Positions 43,801-53,780 of a stretch of DNA of 64,000 nucleotides are shown piece by piece. The stretch is from an uncultured candidatus Porisulfidus sp. (GTDB lineage: Bacteria; Pseudomonadota; Gammaproteobacteria; Poriferisulfidales; Poriferisulfidaceae). How positions within the stretch are numbered: the stretch's first letter is position 1; each line of letters starts with the position of its first letter. A program made the translations under genes and the position numbers. The notes beneath the pieces were generated by a model that did no database searches, had not been told where the DNA came from, and saw nothing but the letters and a program-made list of their open reading frames with translations. The stretch lies in assembly GCA_965116025.1 (NCBI GenBank), contig OZ220480.1:1856001-1920000 (forward strand), read 5' to 3'.

Positions 43801-45377
43801 TTCGTGATCGGCTCGCTGGGACGCAGCACCCGATAGATGTAGGTCTGGGCTTCCTGCTTGACCTCCTCCGCGCTATATTTTGGTGGACGCATATTGAAAT
43901 CGTCGGTGCGCAGAGTGCCGGGAACGCCTTGCGTCGCGTCCGAGCTCTGGATAACCTCGAAGCTGGTGATCGGCAATCCCGCCAAATCCTCGAGCAAAGA
44001 ATTGTCCAGCAGGGCGTTGAGGCGCAGATTCTCGTATATCTCCCCTGTTTCCTCGTCAAAGATGTCTCGCGCCAACGCGCGGTTGTGAAAGAACGAGGCT
44101 GGAACCTCAACTTCGTTCATGCCAGCCTTTCGTAGCTTCTCCACGTGAATCGGCATCAAGGTGCGCCCGGCGCGCACTTCCACGCCAGCCTTCTCCGCCC
44201 GAATATCGAACGACAACTTCTGCCGCTGAAAATTCTCGACCTTGAGAAAAAAACGGCCGCGCAGAGGCAGGACCATCGAGCACAGATCCGACTCGCATAT
44301 TTCCGACAGTTTCTCGGCCCGAGCCTTGGTCAAGCGCGTCCCGGCCTTGACCATGTTTTTCCCCTCATGCGTCAACGTGAACGGAAGTTTCTTGCCGACC
44401 AGCGATTCCGGGCGAGCTCGCCAGCCATGCTCGGCATCAAAGACATACGCGGCGTCATCCTCGCCAGAAGCCAAGAACTTCTGGAGGAAGTCCTGCGGAA
44501 CCAGCGCGCTCTCCACGCCCGCCTCGGCCAGCTTGCCGAGCGCGCTCGAGCTAAGATTCCTGCCTTTCGGCAAAACCGTCTCCCCGCTCTCGGCATCCAT
44601 CAGGGGGAAAGTCAACTTCGCGCCCTCAAGCAACGACAAAGGCACCTCGCGCCACTGCTCCATCCGCACCGGGCAACGATCCATGAAGGTCTCGAGGATA
44701 TCCTCTTCCGACAGGCCGAGCGCGCGCAACAGGATGGTCACCGGAATCTTTCGACGACTGTCGACCCTCAGGTACAGCAAATCCTTATGGTCAAAGCCAA
44801 ACTCGAGCCAAGAGCCATACTCCGGCTTGATTCGGGCGTGATGAAGGATCTTGCCCGAGGAATGCCCTCGTCCCTTGTCGTCAGTGAAAATCACTCCTGG
44901 CGATTGCAGAAGCTGCGACACCACCACCCGTTCCGTTCCATTGATCACGAAGGTCCCATGCTCGGTCATCAACGGAATATCGCCAAGATACACGTCCTGC
45001 TCCTTGACTTCCTTGACCTTGCGCGGCCCTCCCTTGGGGCCATCCTTCTCGTGGATCACCATCCTCGTCTTTACGTGCAGGGGCGCCATATAGGTCTGGC
45101 CCCGCCGCTGGCACTCGCGCACGTTGAAGCGCGGCTCGCCCAAATCGTATTTTTGGCAGTTCAGGTCGATATGCCCGGCATGGCTCACGATCGGGAAGAT
45201 CGAGTTGAGCACGGCTTGAATGCCTTGGTCCTTGCGCTTTCGCGGCGGCACGTCAGTTTGCAGGAAATCGCGGTAGGACTCGCGTTGAACCTGCAGCATA
45301 TCTGGAATCGAGAGCACTTCCGGAAGCTTTCCGAAATCTTTCCGGATGCGTTTTTTCTCGGTGTAGGAATAGGCCAT
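40830..45377 (-). CDS. rpoB: DNA-directed RNA polymerase subunit beta (enlarged, about 1515 aa)
   Basis: '[15 protein letters not shown]', '[10 protein letters not shown]', '[12 protein letters not shown]', 'GGQRFGEME'. Confidence 0.99.
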   Translation of the reverse strand: MAYSYTEKKRIRKDFGKLPEVLSIPDMLQVQRESYRDFLQTDVPPRKRKDQGIQAVLNSIFPIVSHAGHIDLNCQKYDLGEPRFNVRECQRRGQTYMAPLHVKTRMVIHEKDGPKGGPRKVKEVKEQDVYLGDIPLMTEHGTFVINGTERVVVSQLLQSPGVIFTDDKGRGHSSGKILHHARIKPEYGSWLEFGFDHKDLLYLRVDSRRKIPVTILLRALGLSEEDILETFMDRCPVRMEQWREVPLSLLEGAKLTFPLMDAESGETVLPKGRNLSSSALGKLAEAGVESALVPQDFLQKFLASGEDDAAYVFDAEHGWRARPESLVGKKLPFTLTHEGKNMVKAGTRLTKARAEKLSEICESDLCSMVLPLRGRFFLKVENFQRQKLSFDIRAEKAGVEVRAGRTLMPIHVEKLRKAGMNEVEVPASFFHNRALARDIFDEETGEIYENLRLNALLDNSLLEDLAGLPITSFEVIQSSDATQGVPGTLRTDDFNMRPPKYSAEEVKQEAQTYIYRVLRPSEPITKDTVRNHFDGLFFNPERYNLSQVGRMRLNRRLRRDSMEGPGVLEVEDIIDVLRVLIDIHQGRDVVDDVDHLGNRRVRCVGEQVEQAFRTGLSRVQRAVKERLTQVEADDLTVQDMVNAKPVSAAIKEFFGSSQLSQFMDQNNPLAEVTHKRRISALGPGGLTRERAGFEVRDVHPTHYGRVCPIETPEGPNIGLINSLAVYARLNNFGFLETPYRKVSKGRVTDQIDYLSAIEEGQYIIAQANAALDSSRRFTDPLVSCRHQKEFTLERPEKVDYIDVSPRQIVSVAASLIPFLEHDDANRALMGSNMMRQAVPTLRAEKPLVGTGMERALAVDSGAMVLANRGGEVHDVDANRIVVRVEDEEAGEGQAGVDIYSLTKYVRSNQSTCINQHPRVRPGDRIEKGDVLADGSATDLGELALGQNMLVAFMPWNGYNFEDSIVLSERVLEEDRYTTIHIEELTCVARETKMGVEEITADIPNVSEGLLGKLDECGVVYIGAEVRPNDILVGKVTPKGETQLTPEEKLLRAIFGEKASEVKDTSLRVPSGMEGTVIDVQVFTREGETKDARAIEVEAIAVEQARKDMEDQLRIYEGDVYLRVRSLIQGKKADKGPNREKGFTVTAAYLDGLERKDWFKISMREEDLSRGLEALRKRLRSQSLSLERQFDQQKEKIEAGSELAPGVLKTIKVSLAVKRRLQPGDKMAGRHGNKGVVSMVVPVEDMPYMEDGTPVDIVLNPLGVPSRMNVGQVLETHLGWAAKTLGTQVRQLLERTARADELRKFLGRIYRNDGVQSVRLGTFGAKEVRALAENLREGVPVGTPVFDGANEREVKAMLELAGLPTSGQTMLRDGRTGNEFDREVTVGYMYMLKLNHLVDDKMHARSTGPYSLVTQQPLGGKAQFGGQRFGEMEVWALEAYGASYALQEMLTVKSDDVEGRNRVYKGIIADELDLHASLPESFNVLLREVRALGINFDIERDRMPEFPFPSTPMPRA

Positions 45378-45464
45378 GCCCACCTCGGGTAGTCGTCAAT
45401 TAAAAATGCGGGCGGCGCGTCTGGCGCGCCACCACGCAGGGTCTGTCACGGAACCTCGCGCCGA

Positions 45465-45851
45465 TTATTTCAACTCGACGGTCGCGCCCGCTTCCTCCAG
45501 TTGTTTTTTCATCTCCTCGGCCTCTTCGGGTGGAACGCTTTCCTTGACCGCGCATGGCGCGCCCTCCACCATGTCCTTGGACTCTTTCAAGCCCAGGCCA
45601 GTTATGGCGCGGATCGCCTTAATGACGGCGATCTTGTTGTCGCCGAACGAGGCCAGCATGACCGTCCTCTCGGTCGGGGCCTCCTCCCCGGCCGCCTCGC
45701 CGGGCGCTCCCGCCACCGGCGCGGTCGCCACCGCCGCCGCGGAAACGCCGAATTTCTCCTCCATCGCGGAAACGAGGTCGACGATCTCCATCACGGTCAT
45801 GTTGGAAATGACGTCCAGGATATCTTCCTTGGAAACGCTTGCTGTGGTCAT
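45465..45851 (-). CDS. rplL: 50S ribosomal protein L7/L12
   Basis: '[10 protein letters not shown]' and '[12 protein letters not shown]'; AGGAG RBS 9 nt before ATG 45851. Confidence 0.97.
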   Translation of the reverse strand: MTTASVSKEDILDVISNMTVMEIVDLVSAMEEKFGVSAAAVATAPVAGAPGEAAGEEAPTERTVMLASFGDNKIAVIKAIRAITGLGLKESKDMVEGAPCAVKESVPPEEAEEMKKQLEEAGATVELK

Positions 45852-45884
45852 GGTCAATAACTCCTAGTGGTTTGATCAGGGGGG

Positions 45885-46415
45885 TCAGGATTCCGTCTCG
45901 CGACTGTCGCGGTACGCCGCCAGCGCGCGCGCCAAACTGCCCGGAATGTCAGCCGCCACGCGCGCCATCTTCTCAATCGGCGCGCGCATCACGGCCATCA
46001 ATCGCGCCAACGCTTCGTCGCGGGTCGGCAAGTCCGCCAGTTTCTGGACATCGGCCTTTTCCAGAACGGCACCGTCCATCGCGCCAAACTTGAGTTCCAG
46101 CCGCTCGTTCTCCTTGCCAAAATCCCGAAACAGTCGCGGGGCGTCCATCGGTTGCCGCTCGGAAAAGCCGAGCAACAAGGGACCGATCAGTCGCTCCCGA
46201 ACGCAGGCATGTCCAGTACCGTCCAGCGCTCGCTTCGCCAAATTGTTCTTAACGACCCGGACATCGACTCCGATCTCTCGGGCCTGACGGCGCAACTGAC
46301 TCAACTCGGCGACGTTCATGCCCCGGTATTCCGCGGCGACCATCGATTGCGCGCGCGCCGCGACTCGCGCCACATCCCGCACGATGGCGTCTTTCTGCTC
46401 GCGTGTTCGCGCCAT
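45885..46415 (-). CDS. rplJ: 50S ribosomal protein L10
   Basis: 'EYRGMNV', 'VVKNNLAKRA', 'LPTRDEALARL'. Confidence 0.95.
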   Translation of the reverse strand: MARTREQKDAIVRDVARVAARAQSMVAAEYRGMNVAELSQLRRQAREIGVDVRVVKNNLAKRALDGTGHACVRERLIGPLLLGFSERQPMDAPRLFRDFGKENERLELKFGAMDGAVLEKADVQKLADLPTRDEALARLMAVMRAPIEKMARVAADIPGSLARALAAYRDSRETES

Positions 46416-46447
46416 GCTTCGCTCCTTCCGCCTATCGCTCGGCCGCA

Positions 46448-47134
46448 TCACACCGTCGCCGGGTCCACCCGAATACCCGGACCCATGGTCGAGGACACGG
46501 TGATTCGTTTGATGTAGATCCCCTTGGAAGAGGCGGGCTTGGCCCGGATCAGTTCCGCTATCAAAGCCCGGAGGTTCTCGGCCAAAGCCGTCGCCTCGAA
46601 ATCGATCTTCCCAATCGAGCAATGCACGATGCCGCCCTTGTCGGTGCGGTAACGAACTTGCCCGGATTTCGCGTTCTTGACCGCCGTAGCAACATCGGGC
46701 GTAATCGTTCCGGTCTTCGGGTTCGGCATCAACCCGCGCGGACCTAGGATCTGTCCCAACGCTCCCACCACCGGCATACTGTCCGGAGTCGCGATCACCG
46801 CGCTGAAATCAAGGTCGCCCCCCTTGATCCGCTCGGCCAAATCCTCGAGACCAACTACGTCGGCGCCCGCCTCGGTCGCGTCCCGCGCCGGATCGCCTTG
46901 CGCGAACACGGCCACCCGCGTCCGCTTGCCCGTGCCTTTCGGCAGGACCATCGCGCCGCGCACGTTCTGGTCGCTCTGGCGGGAATCCACGCCAAGATTG
47001 ACGCTGATGTCGACGCTCTCCCCAAACTTGACCGCCCCGCTGGCGGAGCGCGCCAAATCGACCGCCTCATCGACCGGATACAACCGGTCCACGACGATGC
47101 CAGCCTGGGCCTCAATCATTCGTCGACTTCTCAC
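46448..47134 (-). CDS. rplA: 50S ribosomal protein L1
   Basis: 'LPKGTGK', '[14 protein letters not shown]', 'SSTMGPG'. Confidence 0.97.
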   Translation of the reverse strand: MRSRRMIEAQAGIVVDRLYPVDEAVDLARSASGAVKFGESVDISVNLGVDSRQSDQNVRGAMVLPKGTGKRTRVAVFAQGDPARDATEAGADVVGLEDLAERIKGGDLDFSAVIATPDSMPVVGALGQILGPRGLMPNPKTGTITPDVATAVKNAKSGQVRYRTDKGGIVHCSIGKIDFEATALAENLRALIAELIRAKPASSKGIYIKRITVSSTMGPGIRVDPATV

Positions 47135-47562
47135 AGCTCCGTCTCCAAGCCCATGCTACGAGCGCTCCCCGCGATGATTTTGACGGCCGCGTCCAGATCG
47201 TTCGCGTTCAGGTCCGGCATCTTGATCGTCGCGATCTCCTCCAATTGCGCTCGCGTCACCGAACCGACCTTCACCGAGTTCGGAGTCGCGCTGCCCTTCT
47301 CCACGCCAGCCGCCTTGCGCAACAACACCGCGGCGGGCGGCGTCTTGATCACGAAATCGAAGCTACGGTCCGCGTACACCGTAATGACCACCGGCAACGG
47401 CATCCCTTTCTCCATCGACCCCGTGCGGTCGTTGAACGCCTTGCAGAACTCTGGGATGGCCAGACCGTGCTGGCCCAAGGCCGGGCCGACCGGGGGCGCC
47501 GGATTGGCGGACCCCGCCGGCACCTGAAGCTTGACGTAAGTCTTGATTTCCTTGCTCGCCAT
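47131..47562 (-). CDS. rplK: 50S ribosomal protein L11
   Basis: '[15 protein letters not shown]' and 'IAGSARSMG'. Confidence 0.98.
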   Translation of the reverse strand: MASKEIKTYVKLQVPAGSANPAPPVGPALGQHGLAIPEFCKAFNDRTGSMEKGMPLPVVITVYADRSFDFVIKTPPAAVLLRKAAGVEKGSATPNSVKVGSVTRAQLEEIATIKMPDLNANDLDAAVKIIAGSARSMGLETEL

Positions 47563-47572
47563 GAGCTCGCTC

Positions 47573-48142
47573 CTAATCCTTAGTGACCTGATCGAAACTC
47601 AACTCGACCGGCGTGGAGCGCCCGAAAATCTGGATGCCCACGCGCAGGCGGCCTTTCTCGTGGTTAGCCTCCTCGACCACGCCGTTGAAGTCGTTGAACG
47701 GTCCGTCGATGACCCGCACGACTTGGCCCGGCTCGTACACCACCTTGACCCGCGGCGCCTCCTGTCCCTCCTCGGTGCGCGCCAGTATGGATTCGACCTG
47801 GACATCCGGGATCGGTTCCGGCCGATGCCGGGCCCCACCAATGAAGCCTAGCACCTTGGGCGTGTCTCGCACCAGATGCCAGTTCTCTTCGGACCACATC
47901 ATCTGGACTAAAACGTAGCCGGGGAAGGTCTTTCGCCGAACGACCTTCTGTTTCCCGTCGCGCAACTCGATGCTGGCCTCCGAGGGAACCTCAATGCGCC
48001 CGAACTCGGACTGCTTACCCATGCGCTCTATGCGCTCCTGCAATTGGATCCGCACGCGCTCCTCGTAGTTGGAGTACGCCTGGACCGCGTACCAACGCAA
48101 GCCTTCGTTTTGGTCGTCTTCCAAGGTCGTCTCTTCCGTCAT
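47573..48142 (-). CDS. nusG: Transcription termination/antitermination protein NusG
   Basis: '[12 protein letters not shown]', 'FPGYVLV', KOW motif '[15 protein letters not shown]'. Confidence 0.96.
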   Translation of the reverse strand: MTEETTLEDDQNEGLRWYAVQAYSNYEERVRIQLQERIERMGKQSEFGRIEVPSEASIELRDGKQKVVRRKTFPGYVLVQMMWSEENWHLVRDTPKVLGFIGGARHRPEPIPDVQVESILARTEEGQEAPRVKVVYEPGQVVRVIDGPFNDFNGVVEEANHEKGRLRVGIQIFGRSTPVELSFDQVTKD

Positions 48143-48147
48143 CGCGC

Positions 48148-48519
48148 TCATCCCAAGAACAGGCTGATCCCCCAAGAGAGGATTCGATCCAGCAACCACA
48201 GAAACAGGGCCATCACGATCACCGCCACGAACACCACCAGGGAAGTCTGCAGGGTCTCGGCGCGCGTGGCCCATACCATCTTGCGCACTTCGGCGCGCGC
48301 TTCGCGCATGAACTCCAGGAAACGCTGACCATGCGCCGAGCCCGCCGCGACCGCCATGGCCGCCGCGAACAGCGCCACCAGGCCAAGCGCCCGGTACAGG
48401 AGCGCTTGCTCCGAGAAATAATAGAAGCCACCGATCGCCGCCAGCGACAACGCCGCCACCGCCGCCCAGCGCAACATGTCCGCCTGCGAGAGGCCCGGCT
48501 CGACGCGCTCTCGCGCCAT
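48148..48519 (-). CDS. secE: Preprotein translocase subunit SecE
   Basis: Three TM helices and 'EVRKMVWATRAET'; tRNA-Trp-secE-nusG synteny. Confidence 0.93.
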   Translation of the reverse strand: MARERVEPGLSQADMLRWAAVAALSLAAIGGFYYFSEQALLYRALGLVALFAAAMAVAAGSAHGQRFLEFMREARAEVRKMVWATRAETLQTSLVVFVAVIVMALFLWLLDRILSWGISLFLG

Positions 48520-48537
48520 CACGCGACCCCCCACCGC

Positions 48538-48613
48538 TGGCAGGCCAGGAGGGACTCGAACCCCCAACCTGCGGTTTTGGAGACCGCTGCTCTACCAATT
48601 GAGCTACTGGCCT
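48538..48613 (-). tRNA. tRNA-Trp (CCA)
   Basis: AGGCCAGTAGCTCAATTGGTAGAGC...GGTCT-CCA-AAACC...CCA, 76 nt. Confidence 0.97.
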
Positions 48614-48667
48614 TCGCGAGCATAATTTCACCACCTTTGGGCCTGACTCGAATCAACGTTCCGGCGC

Positions 48668-49858
48668 TTACTTGGAGATTTTGGTGACGACGCCGGCGCC
48701 GACCGTGCGGCCGCCCTCCCGGATGGCGAAGCGCAAGCCCTCCTCCATCGCGATCGGAGCCCCCAGCGACACCTCCAGCGAAACGTTGTCCCCCGGCATC
48801 ACCATCTCCGTCCCCGACGGCAGCGACACCGCCCCCGTCACGTCCGTCGTCCGAAAGTAAAACTGCGGACGATACCCCCCGAAAAACGGCGTGTGACGAC
48901 CCCCCTCCTCCTTCGACAGAACGTACACCTCCGCTGAAAACTCCGTGTGCGGCGTGATCGACCCCGGCGCGCACAGCACCTGACCCCGCTCAACCTCCTC
49001 GCGCTTCACGCCCCGCAGCAGCGCCCCGATGTTGTCCCCCGCCCGACCCTCGTCCAGCAGCTTCCGAAACATCTCCACCCCCGTGCACGTCGTCCGACCC
49101 GTCTCCCGCAAGCCCACGATCTCCACCTCGTCGTTCACCCGAACCACCCCGCGCTCCACGCGCCCCGTCACCACCGTCCCCCGACCCGATATCGTGAACA
49201 CGTCCTCCACCGGCATCAGAAAGTCCCCGTCCACCGCCCGCTCCGGCTCCGGAACGCTCGCGTCCAACGCCTCCACCAGCCGAGCGATCGAGCCCACCCC
49301 ATGCGGACCCTCATCCCCCTCCAGAGCCTTCAGTGCCGAGCCCACCACGATCGGAACCTCGTCCCCCGGAAACTCGTACTTGCTCAAAACCTCCCGAACC
49401 TCCATCTCCACCAGCTCCAGCAGCTCCGCGTCGTCCACCTGGTCCGCCTTGTTCAAATACACCACCATGTGCGGAACGCCCACCTGACGCGCCAGCAGGA
49501 TGTGCTCCCGCGTCTGCGGCATCGGACCGTCCGCCGCGCTCACCACCAGGATCGCCCCATCCATCTGCGCCGCCCCCGTGATCATGTTCTTCACATAGTC
49601 CGCATGCCCCGGACAGTCCACGTGCGCGTAGTGCCGAGACCCCGACTCGTACTCCACATGCGCCGTCGCGATCGTGATCCCACGCTCCCGCTCCTCCGGC
49701 GCGTTGTCTATCTGATCGTACCCACGCGTCTCCCCCCCGTGCGCCTCCGACATCACCTTCGTCAGCGCCGCCGTCAGCGTCGTCTTCCCGTGATCCACGT
49801 GACCGATCGTCCCCACGTTCACATGCGGCTTCACTCGCTCAAATCGCTCCTTCGCCAT
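48668..49858 (-). CDS. tuf: Elongation factor Tu
   Basis: 'GHVDHGKTT', 'DCPGHADY', 'NKAD', '[10 protein letters not shown]'. Confidence 0.99.
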   Translation of the reverse strand: MAKERFERVKPHVNVGTIGHVDHGKTTLTAALTKVMSEAHGGETRGYDQIDNAPEERERGITIATAHVEYESGSRHYAHVDCPGHADYVKNMITGAAQMDGAILVVSAADGPMPQTREHILLARQVGVPHMVVYLNKADQVDDAELLELVEMEVREVLSKYEFPGDEVPIVVGSALKALEGDEGPHGVGSIARLVEALDASVPEPERAVDGDFLMPVEDVFTISGRGTVVTGRVERGVVRVNDEVEIVGLRETGRTTCTGVEMFRKLLDEGRAGDNIGALLRGVKREEVERGQVLCAPGSITPHTEFSAEVYVLSKEEGGRHTPFFGGYRPQFYFRTTDVTGAVSLPSGTEMVMPGDNVSLEVSLGAPIAMEEGLRFAIREGGRTVGAGVVTKISK

Positions 49859-49893
49859 CTCTCTCTCTCCCGTTGTTTTAGGTTGTTTTAGTC

Positions 49894-49969
49894 TGGAGCC
49901 CATAACCGGATTTGAACCGGTGACCTCTTCCTTACCAAGGAAGTGCTCTGCCGACTGAGCTATATGGGC
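49894..49969 (-). tRNA. tRNA-Thr (GGT)
   Basis: GCCCATATAGCTCAG...CCTT-GGT-AAGG...CCA, 76 nt. Confidence 0.97.
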
Positions 49970-49994
49970 CGCGCGCCTCCGCCATCGGCGACAG

Positions 49995-50068
49995 TGGAGC
50001 GGGTGAGCGGAATCGAACCGCCACTATCAGCTTGGAAGGCTGAGGTTCTACCGTTGAACTACACCCGC
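49995..50068 (-). tRNA. tRNA-Gly (TCC)
   Basis: GCGGGTGTAGTTCAACGG...GCCT-TCC-AAGC...CCA, 74 nt. Confidence 0.97.
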
Positions 50069-50099
50069 CCAACCCGCTTCCTCCGCTGGCGCCGCCCCT

Positions 50100-50184
50100 T
50101 GGTGGAGGGGGTAGGATTCGAACCTACGAAGGCTGAGCCAGCAGATTTACAGTCTGCCCCCGTTGACCGCTTGGGTACCCCTCC
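50100..50184 (-). tRNA. tRNA-Tyr (GTA)
   Basis: GGAGGGGTACCCAAGCGG...GACT-GTA-AATC, long variable arm, CCA end, 85 nt. Confidence 0.97.
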
Positions 50185-50313
50185 CAAAAATTAGGCTAAA
50201 GTATGTATTTTACCATAACCGAATTCTGTCTCGAGGCTCCATCTTTGAAGGACAAACGATGCGGATACTCGCTCGACCTATCGCTTCCGTCTCGGCCACA
50301 AAAAGAAGCCTAG

Positions 50314-50389
50314 TGGAGCTGGCGAGAGGATTCGAACCCCCGACCTGCTGTTTACAAAACAGCTGCTCTTCCTGCTGAGCTACGCCAGC
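50314..50389 (-). tRNA. tRNA-Thr (TGT)
   Basis: Anticodon stem GCTGT/ACAGC with loop TT-TGT-AA; CCA end; TATAAT on the minus strand at 50410-50415. Confidence 0.96.
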
Positions 50390-50464
50390 CCGAGCCGTGG
50401 CGTGAATCTATTATAGGGCACTGCCAAATTCCAGGGGCATCCAAAAGAGCAACCACCCCAAATT

Positions 50465-51874
50465 TTAAAAGCTCACCTTGAGTTTCAGGGCTTCATTCCG
50501 TCGCTTGATTTTGGCGCGCAAATACTCCATGGGCCTATTGCCCTTGATCCGATTGCAGTTGCCACAGAGCAATTGATAGTTCTCGTAATAGTCCCCGCCA
50601 TTCTTTGACTTGGGAATAATATGGTCGATTTCCAGATTCCAGATGTCCATCTCCACACCGCAAGCGTTGCATAGTCCTTTTTGATCGTGAAACAATCTCG
50701 CCTTCACGTTCTGGTCGTCGGACGCGCACCGCTCCAGATCCGTGCGCGTTGGGGGTCTCGTGGAGTGCGCGAAATCCGTGAACAGGTTACCCTCGGAAGA
50801 AAGCCGATCCACTACCATCTCCGCAGCCTTTTCGGAAATATCTATGCCGATCCAATTTCTCCGCAAATGTTGCGCGGCCACGCACGTAGTTGCGCAACCG
50901 CAGAAAGGGTCGAACACCAAATCACCTTCCTCGGAACTGGCGAGGATGATCCTCTCCAGCAGGGCGAGAGGCTTCTGGGTGGGGTAATTCGTTCGCTCTT
51001 TTCCCTGCACCGGAAGAATATCATCCCAGAAATTTCCCGCGGGCACCCCTTGGTAATCCCCCTCGTATTTCCTGCGCTCCAGTTTTCCGTCCGGGCGAAT
51101 GACAATATTACCTTTCCGATATTCCTCTTCCATCCGCTCCTTGCTCAAGCGCCATCCTGATGGATGAGGGTTTCTGAACCCTCTCCACTCGTAGCACAGG
51201 TTCGGCCTAGCACCCATATTGGGAGTACGCCAGATATGAGCGTTGTCCAAGTAGTATCTCTTCCCTTTTTCATCAACATGATTAAATTTACTCGCGCGTT
51301 CATCATCGGTCATTTGTTTGTATGGCTTGACTCGGACCGCGCTTGACCGCGCGTAAAAGAAAATGATATCCGTATTGCTACCCCAGGATTTTGGCTGGAA
51401 TTGAGATCCCTTTTGCCGGGAAGTGGCCCGCTTCCAGGAAATTTCCTCTCGGAAGTTGCTTTTCCCGAAAATGGCATCCATTGCCATTTTCAGGTAATGG
51501 CTCGCCGTTGGGTCGCAATGCAGATAAAAGGAGCCAGTCGGCTTCAAAACGCGGCGCATTTCGATAATGCGCTGGGTCATATAGGTGAGGTACGACATCA
51601 TGGGTTTGGAGTGGATTTTCTCTACCGACAAAATGAACTGCACTAGATAAGGGTATTTTTCCACCAATTGATCCAGATAGGATTCGTCCACGTCCTGCCA
51701 TGCCCACATATCCTTGAAAGACGCGCCAGCCGCCTTGCTCCCAACTGGAGCTTCGTAGAGTCGTTTGGAATTGAAGGGAGGATCGAGATAAATGAGATCG
51801 ACGGTCTCGCTGTCCATACCGTGCAGGATATACAAATTATCTCCTGTATATAAGAAGTTGTCGCTCATGATCAT
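50465..51874 (-). CDS. Beta-class N4/N6 DNA methyltransferase fused to a C-terminal HNH endonuclease
   Basis: 'IYLDPPFN' precedes 'YPTQKP' and 'DPFCGCAT'. C-terminal 'CNAC...IDHIIP...GG...NYQLLCGNCNRIK'. Confidence 0.9.
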   Translation of the reverse strand: MIMSDNFLYTGDNLYILHGMDSETVDLIYLDPPFNSKRLYEAPVGSKAAGASFKDMWAWQDVDESYLDQLVEKYPYLVQFILSVEKIHSKPMMSYLTYMTQRIIEMRRVLKPTGSFYLHCDPTASHYLKMAMDAIFGKSNFREEISWKRATSRQKGSQFQPKSWGSNTDIIFFYARSSAVRVKPYKQMTDDERASKFNHVDEKGKRYYLDNAHIWRTPNMGARPNLCYEWRGFRNPHPSGWRLSKERMEEEYRKGNIVIRPDGKLERRKYEGDYQGVPAGNFWDDILPVQGKERTNYPTQKPLALLERIILASSEEGDLVFDPFCGCATTCVAAQHLRRNWIGIDISEKAAEMVVDRLSSEGNLFTDFAHSTRPPTRTDLERCASDDQNVKARLFHDQKGLCNACGVEMDIWNLEIDHIIPKSKNGGDYYENYQLLCGNCNRIKGNRPMEYLRAKIKRRNEALKLKVSF

Positions 51875-51919
51875 GCCGCCGCGGCCACGCGTTCCCTGTC
51901 GAAATTCCGGTGCTTTTCA

Positions 51920-52885
51920 TTATACGGGCGTACGCTGGAAGCCGCGGCGCGACAGGGTCAGAAACTTCTCGCATGCCGAGTCCAGCGGAGCCTGAAACCG
52001 CGCCGCGCCCCCCCGCGCGGGATGCGCGAGCTCCAAAGAGCGCGCATGCAGGAACAACCGCCGAAAGCCCTGCTCCCGAGCCCATCGGTTCACCGCGCGA
52101 CTGCCGTATCGGTCGTCCCCGACGATTGGACACCCGGCCTCGCTGGCATGCACTCGAATCTGGTGGGTGCGACCCGTTTCGATGCGAACCTCCATCAAGC
52201 AACTTCGCGCGAACTGTTCCAGAGGATGGAATCGGGTGAGCGCCTCTCGGCCTGCCTCGTCGACCACCGATTTTCGGCGTTTGGCGTGATGGTGACGGAC
52301 CAGCAGGGGCTCGCGCGCTTCCCGGATCTCTTCTGGCCACCGCCCCGCCACCAAGGCCCAATACGTTTTCCGCACGGACCTCTCCCGGAATTGCGCTTGC
52401 AGATTCAACAGGGCGCGACGATTGCGGGCGAGGATGAGACAACCGCTGCTACCACGGTCCAGCCGATGCGCGAGCTCTAGAAATTCTTTCTCGTCGCGCC
52501 GTCGCCGCAAAACGTCGATCAATCCGAAGCGGACTCGACTGCCGCCATGCACCGGCAACCCGGCCGGCTTGTCGACCACCAGAAGATCCGCGTCCTCATG
52601 CAGCACCGGCACAGGAATATCGGGAATTGGCGACGCGCGCTTCATCGATCCTTCCGGCTCATGCGGAGGGATTCGAACATCGTCGTCGGCGCGGAGGCGA
52701 GAGGACGGCTTCGCCCGGCCGCGATTGACGCGGACCTGACCCGTCCGAATCCACCGGTACACGACTTGGCGAGGCACGTTCACCCGCGCGAGCAAAAAAT
52801 TGTCGAGACGCCGTCCGAGCTCGTTCGCGCCAACGCGAACTAGCCTCGTTCGCTCGGTCTTAGCGCGTTCATCGCCAGAGGTCAT
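51920..52885 (-). CDS. rluC: RluA-family pseudouridine synthase (RluC-like)
   Basis: S4 domain 'RLDNFL', 'KPAGLPVHGG', 'HRLDRGSSG', 'TGRTHQIRVH'. Confidence 0.88.
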   Translation of the reverse strand: MTSGDERAKTERTRLVRVGANELGRRLDNFLLARVNVPRQVVYRWIRTGQVRVNRGRAKPSSRLRADDDVRIPPHEPEGSMKRASPIPDIPVPVLHEDADLLVVDKPAGLPVHGGSRVRFGLIDVLRRRRDEKEFLELAHRLDRGSSGCLILARNRRALLNLQAQFRERSVRKTYWALVAGRWPEEIREAREPLLVRHHHAKRRKSVVDEAGREALTRFHPLEQFARSCLMEVRIETGRTHQIRVHASEAGCPIVGDDRYGSRAVNRWAREQGFRRLFLHARSLELAHPARGGAARFQAPLDSACEKFLTLSRRGFQRTPV

Positions 52886-52978
52886 TCAAAGTCATTCCAG
52901 GCGCGGGGATTCCATTCTACGCGGACGAAACGCTCCGAACTCGTATAATGCGAGCGTGATGATCGCGAGAGCGTTTCC

Positions 52979-53248
52979 ATGATCCACCTTGACCCGAAGC
53001 ATCTGGACGATTTGGCCCAACGCTTGGACGCGCTGATCCCGGAGTCCCTGCACTCAACCCGGGAAGAGATCCACAAGACGGTCCGGGCCTGCGTCGAAGG
53101 CCTGCTGCAGCGCTTGGACGTGGTGACTCGGGAAGAATTCGACGTTCAATCCAAACTGCTCGCCAAAACTCGCGAGCGGCTGGAGGAATTGCAGAAACGC
53201 TTGGACGCGCTGGAAAGCGACCAGCGTCCAAAAGATCCGGTCAGTTGA
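52979..53248 (+). CDS. ubiK: UbiK/BMFP family accessory factor
   Basis: 'LDVVTREEFDVQ' followed by a coiled coil. Confidence 0.88.
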   Translation: MIHLDPKHLDDLAQRLDALIPESLHSTREEIHKTVRACVEGLLQRLDVVTREEFDVQSKLLAKTRERLEELQKRLDALESDQRPKDPVS

Positions 53249-53714
53249 GGCTTTCCAGCATATAGTCGACCGCGATTCGGACCTGATCGTCCGAGAGATC
53301 CGGTCGCCCGCCTTTCGGCGGCATCAGATTCAGACCGTTGATCACGCTCTCGTACAAAACTTCCTTCCCTTTCGACAAGCGATCCCCCCAGCCCGCCGGA
53401 TCCCCCAGTTTCGGCGAATTCAGGACGCCCGTGGTATGGCAAGCCTGACAAACGGCGTTGTATACGTCCTCTCCCGATTCCAAATCCGGCTCCGCCCGGG
53501 CTTCCGAGATCAACGCTATCGAGGCGGTCGCGAGCGGGGCATCGCCAGTATTGAGGTGGCCAACCGGCTCGATCCTCCGCTGGATCGCCTCAGCCACTTC
53601 AGGATCGCTCAGCTTCAGATCCGGTTCCACGATGCTCTGGGCGATTATGAACAGCGCGAGCGTCGCCGCGATCAGCGCGCAAAGAAGGCCCATGAAGAAA
53701 GTCGGCGTCGCCAT
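53241..53714 (-). CDS. Cytochrome c5 family protein
   Basis: TM anchor, 'RIEPVG', heme motif 'CQACH', 'MPPKGG'. Confidence 0.92.
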   Translation of the reverse strand: MATPTFFMGLLCALIAATLALFIIAQSIVEPDLKLSDPEVAEAIQRRIEPVGHLNTGDAPLATASIALISEARAEPDLESGEDVYNAVCQACHTTGVLNSPKLGDPAGWGDRLSKGKEVLYESVINGLNLMPPKGGRPDLSDDQVRIAVDYMLESLN

Positions 53715-53780
53715 CAGTGCGGGATACTCCTTATGAGAACGTTGTGATATTGGATATTGATCGGGGCTAGAGCCTCTGGG

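Noticed and set aside
47573-48634. 353-aa NusG with a long N-terminal extension
   Set aside because: The extension runs through secE and tRNA-Trp; the real start is near 48142.
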